Positions 10,001 to 20,804 of a DNA stretch of 64,000 bases are shown here, piece after piece. The stretch comes from a virus (lineage: Duplodnaviria; Heunggongvirae; Uroviricota; Caudoviricetes). The notes under the pieces are model-generated. The model did no database searches, was not told where the DNA came from, and worked only from the letters and a program-made list of their open reading frames with translations. Made by a program: the position numbers and the translations under genes. Every line of letters starts with the position of its first letter. Within the stretch, counting starts at the first letter, position 1. The stretch is from positions 26,530 through 90,529 of IMG/VR virus record IMGVR_UViG_3300043436_003321, one strand, 5' to 3'.

Positions 10001-12720
10001 ATATTATTAAGACGCTTTTCGATCTTACCAATATCATCCATGGTATAACGTCTATGATTTTCTTTTGAAATAATAACACCATAATCAGGTTTACCTGCTC
10101 TATTTGCGACAATAGGTGGTAGTGATGGGAATGGTGGGATATTAAATGTGGCAAGAGTCATTCCGACATTTGGTGGATTTGGCGCCTTTGGATCCTCTGA
10201 TGGTTCGCCCTGAAGTAATGTAAATCTACCTTCACCGTCAATGATGAATCTATCCTGACGACCAAGATAGTAACTGTATGTAGCCTCAAGTGTTTTATTT
10301 GGTGCAATCAAATTGAGTGCAGTAGAACCAAATGTCATACCTGCAGTTATCGTAGCAATTGAACTTGCCTGTACTGTTGCAGTACCAGAAGTTGTCGCAT
10401 ATGCAACTGTATTTGCTGCATAAGGTCTGAAGTCGATTTGATCTCTGAGATAAAGAATCGTGCCATTATTCGTTGTGAAGGTTGGTATGCCTTCAGTACG
10501 AATTTTATCTGCAGGTAAAGTTGCGGTGGTATCATCAACCGGATAACTGTCTACCGAGAAGTAAGATTGACTAAACGCGCCTGTTGTAAGTTTCTTAAAT
10601 ACTTTCATTTTGACAAGAACATAACGACGACCACTAGAACCTGGGGTGAATGATCTTATCTTTTCAATATACGAATGTCCGTAATATTCTTCGGTATCGT
10701 TTCTTTTCAGTAAGTATTTGTTTGTGATGTCGACAGCACCTGTAGTATAGTCGGCATTTGTAGTCTCTGTAATCTGCTCAATGGAATATACATCTGGTAA
10801 ACCGAGAGAATATGTACCAGCAGTACCAAGTGTATTCGTATCAAACTTTACATATACTGTTTCGAGCGTTTTACCAATAGGTTTTACATCAGCCACCTTT
10901 ACGTTGTAATAAACAGTGGTGCTAAGCGTACCACCTAAAGTGGTATCCGCTAATTGAATAGTAAGAGTTGCAGCATCAGCCGATGTGGTAATGGTCGCTG
11001 TTGACATTACCAGTGATGTACCCTGAAGATATTCGCCTGAGGTGGATGTTGCATTACATATAACCATAATCTCAGATTTAGCGTCTGTGCCAAGAGTTGC
11101 ACTTGCACCGTATGGGAAAACAAAACCTGCACCTAATGCAATAGTAGCTAGACCTCCAGCGCTAAATGTCACAGTGGTTGAGGACGTTCTATAAATGTAA
11201 TCGGTGCCGGTTGATGCAACTGATTTAATTGCATTTTTGCCGACTGGGAAAATAAGATTTCTAAACGAACCATCCTTAAGGACAGCTTTACTATCTTCAA
11301 GAATTAAGTTTGCAACTGCAGCTGGGCTTGAATCGTAAATTGATCTGACAGTGGCAAAACTTTTGGCGGCGGCCATTTTGATATCAAATAGATAAATTCT
11401 AAAGATTGTATTTGACGTACCGTCACGAGTTACAGCGCGAACCTTTGCGGTTCCCCAAACGTCACCACTAGGAGCAGATAATCCGACTGTGGATGTGGCT
11501 GCTGTGGTTGCACCATAAAGAGTTAATGTCTGCTGAGTAGTAAAGTCAAAGTTGCCGAGGTAGTTATCTACAAGAATGTAATTACCATAGTTGGCAAGAA
11601 TATCCTGTTGTTCGGCAGTCTCGAATGTAATTGCCTTTGCCATATTAACAGTAAAATCAGAGAGAATTTGAACTCTTTTACCTTCAACATAAGCGGTACC
11701 TGCGCCAGCAATAGCTTCAAGTAAGGCGGTATTCGAGGTTTTTTGTTGAACGCCAATTCGGAATTCTTGTAGCGAATAATTGCCTGATTCTTCGGCAGTT
11801 CTTTGCGCCATCATTTTTTCAATACTGTTAAATTGCGTAGTATTGTTACGTCTTACAAGACGGCCGTTATCATATTCTTGAATTGCAAAGAATGTTTCAT
11901 CTGCTTCCGCTTGGGCAAGAGTGAACGCAGTGAGAATAGGAGTTAACTTTAAGCGATCAGCACCTGGTGCATTATAGTTATTATACCCATTTGCATTATC
12001 AAGTAACGTTGTATCATTATTACTATTGACAATAGATTCTTGTGTTTGGAATCCAACAACCAGACCATCAGGTTCTGTATTGTATTTGCTTACTACAACT
12101 TGCTGTGCATCAAAGCGAACAAAATGTCCTTTTTGGAAAATTACACCATCAGTACATCTAGTAGAATAGCAGTAACCGACGGGTGCCGATGCACCCGAGA
12201 TTGCTGTTGTCGCGACAGTCACAGTATAGACAAGAGATGCTAATGCACTATCTGAATAGAGTTCAATGTTTTCACCAGCTTGGAATGATTTTACCCCAAT
12301 CTGACCTGCTTTTGTACTTGACCCAAGATACTTTACAAACAGAGTATTTAGATTTGGCGCCTGTGATTCAAGTCCAGTTGCGACTAATTCGACAAAGGCC
12401 TTAACACCTGTAACGGCACCCACAGCATATAGATTCTTATAATTGGACATGACAACCGGTTGGCCGTTTGCCTGTAGATCAAGGAGCTTTATGTAAGCTA
12501 ATTTGGTACTTTCTACAAAGTTACCACCTTTGACAATACTACCTTCCTTTAGAATATTTGAGCCAAATCTTTCAACTTGAGCTTGAAGAATAGTCTGAAG
12601 TTGTGTCAATTCTCTCGCTTGAACACCAACTGCCGGTTTGAATAGAACTCTATGAAAGTTTTTATCTTCTTCAAAATCGTCATAGTATGGCGCTACGTTG
12701 AAATCTGTATTAAGACCCAT
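7048..12720 (-). CDS. very large virion structural protein (baseplate or fibre associated)
   Basis: 1890-aa ORF. Conserved-looking N-terminus (FNVAPYYDDFEEDKNFHRVLFKPAVGVQARELTQLQ) of the kind seen at the N-termini of giant structural proteins of marine T4-like phages. Poly-Thr linker (TTTTTTTTNTTTQTT) in the middle. Lies in the baseplate gene block. Confidence 0.7.
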   Translation of the reverse strand: MGLNTDFNVAPYYDDFEEDKNFHRVLFKPAVGVQARELTQLQTILQAQVERFGSNILKEGSIVKGGNFVESTKLAYIKLLDLQANGQPVVMSNYKNLYAVGAVTGVKAFVELVATGLESQAPNLNTLFVKYLGSSTKAGQIGVKSFQAGENIELYSDSALASLVYTVTVATTAISGASAPVGYCYSTRCTDGVIFQKGHFVRFDAQQVVVSKYNTEPDGLVVGFQTQESIVNSNNDTTLLDNANGYNNYNAPGADRLKLTPILTAFTLAQAEADETFFAIQEYDNGRLVRRNNTTQFNSIEKMMAQRTAEESGNYSLQEFRIGVQQKTSNTALLEAIAGAGTAYVEGKRVQILSDFTVNMAKAITFETAEQQDILANYGNYILVDNYLGNFDFTTQQTLTLYGATTAATSTVGLSAPSGDVWGTAKVRAVTRDGTSNTIFRIYLFDIKMAAAKSFATVRSIYDSSPAAVANLILEDSKAVLKDGSFRNLIFPVGKNAIKSVASTGTDYIYRTSSTTVTFSAGGLATIALGAGFVFPYGASATLGTDAKSEIMVICNATSTSGEYLQGTSLVMSTATITTSADAATLTIQLADTTLGGTLSTTVYYNVKVADVKPIGKTLETVYVKFDTNTLGTAGTYSLGLPDVYSIEQITETTNADYTTGAVDITNKYLLKRNDTEEYYGHSYIEKIRSFTPGSSGRRYVLVKMKVFKKLTTGAFSQSYFSVDSYPVDDTTATLPADKIRTEGIPTFTTNNGTILYLRDQIDFRPYAANTVAYATTSGTATVQASSIATITAGMTFGSTALNLIAPNKTLEATYSYYLGRQDRFIIDGEGRFTLLQGEPSEDPKAPNPPNVGMTLATFNIPPFPSLPPIVANRAGKPDYGVIISKENHRRYTMDDIGKIEKRLNNIEYYTVLNALEKSATDLVVTDSSGLDRFKNGILVDNFDTLQIANLKDTNFAAAIDPSYSELTPRFRKYNLDMKIVSGSLTNVTDFGEGITLSKTDKKFIDQPYATTFRNCVTDFWKFSGTTVLFPEYDGAPEVVTAPAVNITFDQTAMVQDIVAAIGEFVPLSNVSTAVIGQTTNSSSVTRGRTTTTTTTTNTTTQTTKNSLQVVPGKEKQNPVGDFVTDFDFKPFLRERDVRILSEGLRPNTRFYFFFDGVDVNTSVIPANVGDTKRVSDLRRVGKFGVTHEIKSDANGTLRAIFRIPANTFFVGDRELIIADVDDLQSIAAATSTTTATYRGYNFSIEKTPLEVTTREASFKKVTTQTQSTSSTTSVTSVTLPPPQDTGDRGREPSPPGNDPIAQTFKIESDMSSDTAVMVTKIDLFFKEKSPTLGVTVQLRNSVNGYPGPDTMPFASIHLDSADVSVSNDGTVATTVTFDAPVALKVGQEYCVVTIPDQDNPDYLIWVCKTGLADVATGVKVTMDAASGTLFTSTNNRAWTPHNDENLKFKLYKAQFSSATGSFQMTNNSHEFFTVSSYAGQFKRGESVFVTSANSAGTISANTTSRTITGSGTSFTSTFAVGEHLVYIAGTDYQVLEVTNVANNISLTVKEFPSAANTAANYFKTVSGKVDYFNASGDPVRLILEESSAKTGLVFAANDVVTGADSAATATIGSIDSIPVSYLQPQFYRSNFTRTKSILAATALSNGSSDYLGGGTSPIDFDNNKYFNGTATYIKSKSAAPTENSFVLRMSLSNDSTTTRDTSPFIDHEISTVDIYEHLINNDIADENRNIAGAASSKYISRTVQLADGLDADDLKIWLTAYKPPGSDITVYGKFKNSADSTPFDQIPWTKLLAEDRTNFTSANNDRFDFKEFQYSLGTTGFQSDGTTVTSSATAGGSAILESGTTFKYLDSAGAIYTNYKYFAVKIVMTSTGPHRIPRVKDMRALALTV
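7136..7143 (-). promoter_or_regulatory. candidate internal late promoter TATAAATA upstream of the tail-fibre genes
   Basis: Exact TATAAATA on the minus strand inside the 3' end of the 1890-aa gene, about 85 nt upstream of ATG 7051. Confidence 0.3.
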
Positions 12721-12732
12721 TTAATTTACCTT

Positions 12733-15033
12733 TTAGAATTCAATGACAAGTTTAATCTTTTCAGTTTGATCTGAATTGCGTGTAATTGGCGAGAAGTTTT
12801 CAACAAATAGGAATTCACCCGATCCATCTACTAATGAGTTGTAATCGTAAACTCTACCAGTTATTTTTGTTTCTGCCTTATTCGTTTGACCTACAAATGT
12901 ATTTATAGTGCCTGAAGCATCATCCGATATGGAAAAGAAGCCTTTTGTTCCAGTCAATCCGATTACAGTACTGTTAGCAGCTGCAGAATTTAAACTGTGA
13001 ACATAACCTAAAGCACTAGCTTGGAAAGTATTATCCACACTTTGTACTGTAGATGGAACACTAGATGTTTGACCAGTAATATAATTGACAGTACTATTGC
13101 CTGTTGCAAATTCACCACTTACGCTATACAGTGTTATGGTATTATCAAATCTATTACTTATGACGCCTGTCGCTCCAGTATTTGCTTGTACCACCACTTC
13201 AGCATCGTTATACAAATATGCAGATTGATTCAGTGTTAGCGATATTACATTAGATGAAAGTTGTTGCAATCCGACTTGAATGACTAATTCATCCAATGCA
13301 AATCCGTTATCATTTGGTCCTGCATAGATGGTTTCAACTTGATATATTTCTCTTTGATCAAATGTAGTAAATGATTTATCAATGGATGTTACGTTTGCAC
13401 TATATAAGCTGGTCGCGCCGGCGACGTTTGCACTAGTTGCAAAGAATCCTCTAATGTTTGTGAGTCTCAGAACGTCCCCATCACGATTTGTAATAATGCC
13501 TGTAGCACCAGTGCTTGGCTGTGTCACAATCTCACCTGCATTAAAGCTGGCCGCAACACTACTTGCAAGAGTTAATTCAACGTTAGCGAATAACGGATCC
13601 TTAATCAGCGTAATTTTTCGATAATCGTTTGTTGCTGGAATAGTACTTGATTCAGTGTTAGCAATTTGCATACCAATGCCAACTCTATTTGCATACAGTT
13701 CATTGATCACATCGGATCCATGACCGCCTGGCGGCGCTATAATTGCTCTAGCTGAGGCTGATGTTGTACTAATAGCCAAACCTGATGTAAGATCAATAAG
13801 TCCAGTATTTGCAATGATAGTAATATCTGCATAGGTATAACCTGATCCAGAATCAATAATTTCAATATCAGCTATAGAGTTAGCACTTGCACTTACCGTA
13901 GCAATAGCCTTTGCATCAACTCCGTCGCCAGTAATAATAACTCTAGGCCCAATTTCAAATTCTGATGCTGAATCTGGTAAAGGATTTAAGGCTGCATTAA
14001 GCAGGACACGTCTTTCATCACCGGTGACAATATATTCAGTAATGGTTCTTAACTGTCCAGCACCACGACCGGAGCGAATATAGAATGCATTATTCTTATA
14101 GAAGTCAGTATCATTTGATAGTGCAGTAGTTAATTTTTGAAACGATGCAATTGTAGATGTAGTATTGCTGCTTACGCCTCTAATAGTTTGACCAACAACA
14201 AAAGCTCTATTGACATTTGTGACTCTTATGGTATTATTAGCTGAATACACTGCTAGTGTAACACCATTTGCATATCTGCCATCTGGGTTCTGTGATGTTA
14301 CTTTTTCTTCAACAAATCCTGCAACACTACTTAAAGTAAGTTCGTAATCCAAAAATTTATCACTGTTTAGAGAATATAGTAAAGTATTTCCGTTGACGGC
14401 AGAAGCCTTAACAGTACCAGAAGCATAACTGTTATAATTAGATCCAGCAGTTTCAATTAGAATAGTTTCAATACTACCCGATATCGCATTACCCGTAACG
14501 TCTGCATTAACAAAAACTGGTGCATAATCTGCTGTGGCAAATTTTGAATATTCATTATTAGTAATGCTATACATATATTTCCACTGATAACCGTCTGTGG
14601 TTAGATAAAGTTCATCATCAGCAGAAGTTTCAGAGAATAGTGGTTGGTCAGTGGATGCAACACCACCATTATTATTCAAGCATTTAAACACATGATATGA
14701 ACTAGATTCAGGTGATATTACGTAGAAATTTTTGGTCTCTAGTTCTTCTACGGTATTGTCATACATGTCATATACAGTACCAGATACCCATTGCTCATTT
14801 CGAATCATATGTGCAACGTCAGCTGGAGTTACATGTTTACCTAAAATAAGTTCATCATATAGAGTATAATGTGTATCGCTTACATTTGTAGTTGGATCTG
14901 GTGGGCTATTATCGTCAATAAAAGGTGTGCTTTTATGTGCGCCGATGTAGTAAATCGTGTTTGATGTTTCGTTAAATGACTCAACGAACTGTCTTGCAGC
15001 ATGTGTTTTAAAGTTTTGTGTAATCAGTTTCAT
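12733..15033 (-). CDS. virion structural protein (baseplate/short-fibre region)
   Basis: 766-aa ORF between the wedge proteins and the giant structural protein. Beta-rich S/T/N composition. No specific motif recognised. Confidence 0.55.
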   Translation of the reverse strand: MKLITQNFKTHAARQFVESFNETSNTIYYIGAHKSTPFIDDNSPPDPTTNVSDTHYTLYDELILGKHVTPADVAHMIRNEQWVSGTVYDMYDNTVEELETKNFYVISPESSSYHVFKCLNNNGGVASTDQPLFSETSADDELYLTTDGYQWKYMYSITNNEYSKFATADYAPVFVNADVTGNAISGSIETILIETAGSNYNSYASGTVKASAVNGNTLLYSLNSDKFLDYELTLSSVAGFVEEKVTSQNPDGRYANGVTLAVYSANNTIRVTNVNRAFVVGQTIRGVSSNTTSTIASFQKLTTALSNDTDFYKNNAFYIRSGRGAGQLRTITEYIVTGDERRVLLNAALNPLPDSASEFEIGPRVIITGDGVDAKAIATVSASANSIADIEIIDSGSGYTYADITIIANTGLIDLTSGLAISTTSASARAIIAPPGGHGSDVINELYANRVGIGMQIANTESSTIPATNDYRKITLIKDPLFANVELTLASSVAASFNAGEIVTQPSTGATGIITNRDGDVLRLTNIRGFFATSANVAGATSLYSANVTSIDKSFTTFDQREIYQVETIYAGPNDNGFALDELVIQVGLQQLSSNVISLTLNQSAYLYNDAEVVVQANTGATGVISNRFDNTITLYSVSGEFATGNSTVNYITGQTSSVPSTVQSVDNTFQASALGYVHSLNSAAANSTVIGLTGTKGFFSISDDASGTINTFVGQTNKAETKITGRVYDYNSLVDGSGEFLFVENFSPITRNSDQTEKIKLVIEF

Positions 15034-15043
15034 CTATTATCCC

Positions 15044-15844
15044 TTACGCCATCGCTACAGTTCTACTTGCTTCGATCATAGTTGTGCCATCTGAAATGAA
15101 TTCAATCACAAATGTTCTTGCCGTTGTTGTGCCAGTTGCTAACGTTCCGGTAGTCTGGAAGCCGGTGCCAAATGTGATGGTGTATGACGTTGTACCGCTT
15201 GTTACAATGATGACCGATGCTCTTGATCCGGCCGCCGCCACGGTCGTAGTGAAGGTAGCAGTAGCAGTCGGTGTTACTTTGACTACAGTATTAGTTCCAA
15301 GTGCCATTGCAGTTGTGCCATTTGCATGAGCAGTATATGCACCTGCGATCTGGCCCGCGACTTGAAGTCTAGATGCCGGCGTGGTTGTGCCGATGCCTAC
15401 GTTGCCTGAGGCGTCGATCCGCATGCGTTCTGCAATAGTACCAGCGGTTATTGTCCGGAATCCAAGCCACCCAGCCTCGGCAGTGTTAGTGGGACTACTG
15501 ATTGCAGTATAAATTGAGGCGTAGTCTCTATCTACACCGGTTGAACTTTTACCTCTAAACAATATATTACCGATTGCATCAGAAGCAGCAGGCGATGCAC
15601 TGTTTCTGTAGAATACAATATCTGGTGCGGCAGACGCGTCTGCGTCTGTGCTCGTGACAACCAGCGCGTCAGTCACACCAGAGGTAGTAAAGGTGAACGC
15701 ACCGTTGCCGATCATATTCTTGAGTTCAGCGGTCGTAATGCTTTTCTCAGCCACAGCACTTGCATCATACACCAGGAACAGATCATTACTGGCAACAGAT
15801 GTTCCAGTAAGTGATGCTAATTGATCAATCGTAGTGTTTGCCAT
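15044..15844 (-). CDS. virion structural protein (gp8-position baseplate wedge candidate)
   Basis: 266 aa, Thr/Ala/Gly-rich. Follows the gp7-like gene as gp8 does in T4. Called on synteny only. Confidence 0.4.
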   Translation of the reverse strand: MANTTIDQLASLTGTSVASNDLFLVYDASAVAEKSITTAELKNMIGNGAFTFTTSGVTDALVVTSTDADASAAPDIVFYRNSASPAASDAIGNILFRGKSSTGVDRDYASIYTAISSPTNTAEAGWLGFRTITAGTIAERMRIDASGNVGIGTTTPASRLQVAGQIAGAYTAHANGTTAMALGTNTVVKVTPTATATFTTTVAAAGSRASVIIVTSGTTSYTITFGTGFQTTGTLATGTTTARTFVIEFISDGTTMIEASRTVAMA

Positions 15845-18800
15845 TATACCGCTCCTTCAGTGCGAATCGTCAGATACGATCCAGATTTAGTTATTATGTT
15901 TGTTCCAGTTTCCGTTACTAGATATTCTGTTACTATTTCGACAGGTTGAATACTGCTATTAGCAATTCGCAATGGTGAATCAATTTTTGTATTTTTGGAT
16001 ACACTACCAAATAATTCATTACCGGATACGTGAAGTACACTTCTTACAATTTCTTCATATCTATTTATTGAAAGATTAGAAATGACATCATATGAATATT
16101 CTTGATAATATCTATTATCTTGTATCTTCTTCTCTGAATTAAGGTGTGAGGTAGTTGTGCGCCAGTATCCACTTCCAACACCAGTGCTGATTACATTAGC
16201 GGTGGCTGTAATAATGAATTGGAAACCTTCGCGCTGTAGTTCGACTGTTTCACCATTGACATATCCAAATCCAGAATCGACGACCTCGACTGAAGTAGCA
16301 ATACCATTTGCGGCAATCACGTTACCAGTTACAATGGCATTATCGCCTAAAACTCTAGATGCAGGATCGCTAATAACGTCAATCACATCACCTCTAGCAT
16401 TTGAATCAGAACCGGTTATTACATATCCAGATTGGAATGCTATATTAAATGCATTTCTTTCCACATGGAGTACACCCGTGCCACCTCCTGCCGGAGTCCA
16501 GGATATTACTTTACCTTTTGCCGTGCTAGTGCCAGATATTATCTGTTCTAATGTTTCGCCGACACTGAATGTGCCGATAACGTTTTGCAGATTTACAAAG
16601 AAATCGCCTCGGCCATATGAAGCGGTATATTTATTATATACAGAGATAAACGGATCAGCATTATAATCAGCACCTGGATTGATTCTTGTAAGTGAAGCAA
16701 TAGAACCCATTATAAAGTTTTCAGATGTGAGTGCATCGACCAAAAGTGTACCGCTATCTGCATTTGGAAGTTTCACAAAACCATAACCAAAGTCCATATT
16801 AACTGTAACAGTAGCAACTACTCCAGATGTTGCCGGAAGATTAATTGTCGGCGTAGCATAGTAACCTTCACCTGGTGTGCCTACAGTGATGGTAGTTATG
16901 CCTCCAGTTGTATTTGTGGTAATGAGTCCTGAGGCTACAACATATGGGTCACCACTGCCATAACCACCGCCAGTAAATGTGACTACTCCACCATTTGAAT
17001 AAAGTGTACCGCCAGTGTTAATCGTAATGCTGTCAACGAATCCGACCCCAGATCCTTCACCAGAAAGCATGACGTCAATAAAAGGTACATTGGCGCTATT
17101 GTTAGCCCCTACCATATCGGTATTTAATGTAACAGTTTCAGTATTTTCAAGTAAACCGACTTTAAATGTAGCAGATGAACCTGTTTTAATGCCTAAAATT
17201 GGCCGATTTATCTCAATGATAGTGCTGTTTGCATATCTTGGAGGCGATACAAGATTCTCACGAGTTGTTTCAATGTAAAAGTTGCCACTCGCATTAAAAT
17301 AGAATGGGGACGTGTTTCCATAGATGCCTATGGCACTTGTATTCTGTCCGACTATGATACCGGTAGCATATGCATTTGAAACAGTATCAACAGCACCATT
17401 AGAAGTATTAATGCCATTTAAGTAAATATTAGCAGCGCCTGTAGTACCCACCGACGATACGGTAGCAATAAGTCTTGACCGATCGCCGCGTACCTTATTG
17501 GAAACATCATATGTACCATATACACCACGAACACTAACGTTAGCGCCAGTTACCGAAGTAACTATAGCTCTAGCTCCGGAATTAGCCACACTAACAGAAT
17601 CAACACTGGCCGTAACGGTTGGATTAGAATCTAAAGTTAATACAACACCATTTATAAAACTTCCCCAGGCCTCTTCCAAAACAATAACAGTCGAGTTAGC
17701 AGACTGAACCTTTCCGATAGATTTAGCAACAATCGTATTGGCTACTGCTTCACGGATAATTTGTGAAACATTAGCACCAACACTAAATGTTCCTGAATCG
17801 CTTACCTGTAAGGTAATCTCGCTTTCTTCTTCTAAATATTCACCCACTGTAAATGGCGTTGCAGTGCCTACTATGACCATTTCTTGATCTGTAAAGGTTG
17901 TGTCACCTATACACTGCACAGTAATAATCGAATTTGCAGATGCAGTTGATATAATAGATCCATTCGAATCGGTATTTGCAACTGATATAATAACGCCGTT
18001 TGCAACCGCAGTACCAGCGCCGTTCTTACCTACAAGATAATCACCGACGACATAAGAAGAATTGATATTCGTTGCTGATAATGCACTAATTCTTTCTATT
18101 CTCTGTACGACATTTTCAAATTGGATAAAATCTTGATTTGCATTATTTACAGTTAATAATGCCGTGGATACATATACTGATGTGGTATTTGCTACAAAAT
18201 CACTAGTACCATCTACAAAGGCCGACGTATAACCATACCCACCTTCTACAATATCAAAGTCTACGCGGCCAGTCGCGTTTTCAGTTGTGACAACACGTAC
18301 TAAACCGTCCTTACCTTGAGGCGTAACAACTTCAAAGATATCACCAACTGTGTTATTTCTACCGCCAAGTTCAACTGTAAGTGTTGTTAGAGATCCTACA
18401 ATCTTAGGTGCATTTTTTAGATTGCCATCTGACGTTACACGTTCATCTCTTCTAAAAGAACCACGAACATTACTTAGATAAACGATATCAATAAGTTTAC
18501 CGTCGACGCGTTTTGTGACAATGCCTTCTACAAAAGCTTTTGCACCAGATATAGAACCAGTAATCTCACGATTTAAAAAGCCCCTTGTCCTTGCAGACTT
18601 TGTGACTTCGATATATCGTGGGCGGTACCATTCAGAATCAGATGGTTTTAATATGTCTTGAGCTGGATAATATACGTCTACTTCTTCATTAAATAACATA
18701 CGCATCAAAAGTTCTAAAGATCTTTTTGAACCTTTAGATGAATACATATCCATGATATGCTTAATCATAAATCGTTTATCAGTAGCGGCAATAAACGGAA

Positions 18801-19029
18801 AATCAACTAAAAACTTTTTCTGGAAATGTACTAGAAAGTCATTTAACGAATCATCAATATCATTTGCGTTAAACATTTGTCTACTAAGTTTAGTAGAATA
18901 TCTATCAGTTTCTTCTAAAAACTCATAATATGCTTTTACGAATGCAATTAATTCATCGCCTTCTTCTCGGTAAAGACTTGGGAATTGCGATTCAATTGCA
19001 TATGATATTTTCTGTATAATGTCTGTCAT
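15844..19029 (-). CDS. baseplate wedge protein, gp7-like (by size and synteny)
   Basis: 1061 aa (T4 gp7 is about 1030 aa), immediately downstream of the gp6-like gene. 4-nt start overlap with the upstream gene. Confidence 0.45.
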   Translation of the reverse strand: MTDIIQKISYAIESQFPSLYREEGDELIAFVKAYYEFLEETDRYSTKLSRQMFNANDIDDSLNDFLVHFQKKFLVDFPFIAATDKRFMIKHIMDMYSSKGSKRSLELLMRMLFNEEVDVYYPAQDILKPSDSEWYRPRYIEVTKSARTRGFLNREITGSISGAKAFVEGIVTKRVDGKLIDIVYLSNVRGSFRRDERVTSDGNLKNAPKIVGSLTTLTVELGGRNNTVGDIFEVVTPQGKDGLVRVVTTENATGRVDFDIVEGGYGYTSAFVDGTSDFVANTTSVYVSTALLTVNNANQDFIQFENVVQRIERISALSATNINSSYVVGDYLVGKNGAGTAVANGVIISVANTDSNGSIISTASANSIITVQCIGDTTFTDQEMVIVGTATPFTVGEYLEEESEITLQVSDSGTFSVGANVSQIIREAVANTIVAKSIGKVQSANSTVIVLEEAWGSFINGVVLTLDSNPTVTASVDSVSVANSGARAIVTSVTGANVSVRGVYGTYDVSNKVRGDRSRLIATVSSVGTTGAANIYLNGINTSNGAVDTVSNAYATGIIVGQNTSAIGIYGNTSPFYFNASGNFYIETTRENLVSPPRYANSTIIEINRPILGIKTGSSATFKVGLLENTETVTLNTDMVGANNSANVPFIDVMLSGEGSGVGFVDSITINTGGTLYSNGGVVTFTGGGYGSGDPYVVASGLITTNTTGGITTITVGTPGEGYYATPTINLPATSGVVATVTVNMDFGYGFVKLPNADSGTLLVDALTSENFIMGSIASLTRINPGADYNADPFISVYNKYTASYGRGDFFVNLQNVIGTFSVGETLEQIISGTSTAKGKVISWTPAGGGTGVLHVERNAFNIAFQSGYVITGSDSNARGDVIDVISDPASRVLGDNAIVTGNVIAANGIATSVEVVDSGFGYVNGETVELQREGFQFIITATANVISTGVGSGYWRTTTSHLNSEKKIQDNRYYQEYSYDVISNLSINRYEEIVRSVLHVSGNELFGSVSKNTKIDSPLRIANSSIQPVEIVTEYLVTETGTNIITKSGSYLTIRTEGAV

Positions 19030-20804
19030 TCTTTAACACCGACCACATTAAGTCTAATATCTTCTTCGCGAATGGTAATGATTCTAGTCTTAGGTGCAGT
19101 AATATCTTGTATATCAGTTCTGGCATAAATTTTAAGTTCACTGCCACCATAAGCTGACAGATTTAAGTTTGTTATAATAACACGACCGGTATCATAATTA
19201 ACACTTCCAATATTTCTATTTAAATATACAAATCCAGTAGATGTTGTTCTAACAATTTGTAATACGCCTAGACCATCATCAACTATAAATGCGTTAGATC
19301 CATTATATGTAAACGTTGATGATTTAATCGCCGATTTATGTGACGATACTAATTCAGCTTCTGTTAACTTGTGATCTTTAATGAGTTTATTTCTAAAACT
19401 AAAGTCATAGCTATTATTGACATTTAGGATTGGATTTAAAGGAATGATTGCAAGTATTTCAGTTTCGTTTGAGACGATACTTGGGTCTGAGTTGTCAATT
19501 GCATAAGCAAATTTAGAACCTCTAAATGTTTTCTTAAAGTCAGATAGATTTTGGTTACTGTAATTTACTATAGAGTTTAAAACTTTAGTTCGAATCTGCG
19601 GCGGTGACTGATCAGTAACACTTATATTATAGTTAACCTGTGTATTGACATCAAGATACATAAATTCTGGTGAAACGATAATAGGTTCAATACCAATTGG
19701 TGAACGATCCTTTAAATAATTGTAATATTTCGTTTTATCATTTTCGGATACACCGCTGGCATTTTGCACATCAACAGCAATTATAACACGACCGTATTGA
19801 GGCGGAGTAGCTTCTTCACCGCCGTATACAGACACTGCTTGAATTTCTGGGAATCTATTCTTCAATAGAATCTCATAATCAGATTCGGTTACGGCTCTAT
19901 CTTGTACCTGGATTGACTTTGGTGCGAAATATCGAATTGACTCAATGTCTTCCGCATCTGAAGCACCAGATGATTTTGCATTCAGTGTAACAGCTGTGCT
20001 ATATCCCGAGATAGGGCTTTCAGTTGCAAAACTTGTGACACCATTTGCTTCAGTTCCAGCGGTTATTCTATATTCTACAATAATTACATTGCCAGTGCTT
20101 GGATTCAATCCAAATCTATTCAGACCAAATGTTATTTCATACTTATTGTCTGCGGCAGGTTGGATATAGAAAACTGGATCAGTATCGGTGACACCAAAGA
20201 TGTTTTGCTTATAGATGTATTCGACACTAGTAGTATCTGTGGCTGTCTGTTTAACAGTGACTTTAATACTGTCAGTATCTACATCGGCATTCGATAAGAT
20301 ATATCTCTGTCCAGCAGTACCTGTGACTTCAAATGCCTCAGTAACATATCTACCTTCGTATATGTCTAGTCCAAAAAATTCAAAGCGATTGTTCGATGGT
20401 GTAATAATCTCTGCAGTTTCATTATAGAATGCAAAGGTTCTATTTCCACATCGTGCTATAAACTTTGTTTTGGCTGGAATCGTAACTGTGGTCGGATAAG
20501 GAGCTGCAACAGTGAGAGATAGATTGACCTTTGCTCTTGCCGACGTTTTGGATCTAGGAGTATAGTTTAATTCTTTAGCGTGAGAAATAACCGAGTCACG
20601 AAGTTGTGCGCTGTCAAGAAACATTTCTGACATTGCCATGTTTGTGTAGAAGTTATTCTGATAGGTGTTATACGCCAAAACATCTAATAGGACATTAATA
20701 TTTGACCCTTCAAAATCATAATCAAGAAACCTACTTTGAGCTTTTAAATAGTTCTTGAGAGAAGTTTTAATCTCATTGAAATCTAATTCTGTTACGCTGG
20801 TCAT
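19026..20804 (-). CDS. baseplate wedge protein gp6 / baseplate J-like
   Basis: 592 aa, immediately downstream of the gp25-like gene with a 1-nt overlap. N-terminal region resembles the baseplate J/gp6 family (LDYDFEGSNINVLLDVLAYNTYQNNFYTNM). Confidence 0.65.
   Translation of the reverse strand: MTSVTELDFNEIKTSLKNYLKAQSRFLDYDFEGSNINVLLDVLAYNTYQNNFYTNMAMSEMFLDSAQLRDSVISHAKELNYTPRSKTSARAKVNLSLTVAAPYPTTVTIPAKTKFIARCGNRTFAFYNETAEIITPSNNRFEFFGLDIYEGRYVTEAFEVTGTAGQRYILSNADVDTDSIKVTVKQTATDTTSVEYIYKQNIFGVTDTDPVFYIQPAADNKYEITFGLNRFGLNPSTGNVIIVEYRITAGTEANGVTSFATESPISGYSTAVTLNAKSSGASDAEDIESIRYFAPKSIQVQDRAVTESDYEILLKNRFPEIQAVSVYGGEEATPPQYGRVIIAVDVQNASGVSENDKTKYYNYLKDRSPIGIEPIIVSPEFMYLDVNTQVNYNISVTDQSPPQIRTKVLNSIVNYSNQNLSDFKKTFRGSKFAYAIDNSDPSIVSNETEILAIIPLNPILNVNNSYDFSFRNKLIKDHKLTEAELVSSHKSAIKSSTFTYNGSNAFIVDDGLGVLQIVRTTSTGFVYLNRNIGSVNYDTGRVIITNLNLSAYGGSELKIYARTDIQDITAPKTRIITIREEDIRLNVVGVKE

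Noticed and set aside
20095-20112. GGATTCAATCC, resembling a tRNA T-arm
   Set aside because: No D-arm, anticodon arm or acceptor pairing around it. It lies inside the gp6-like coding frame.
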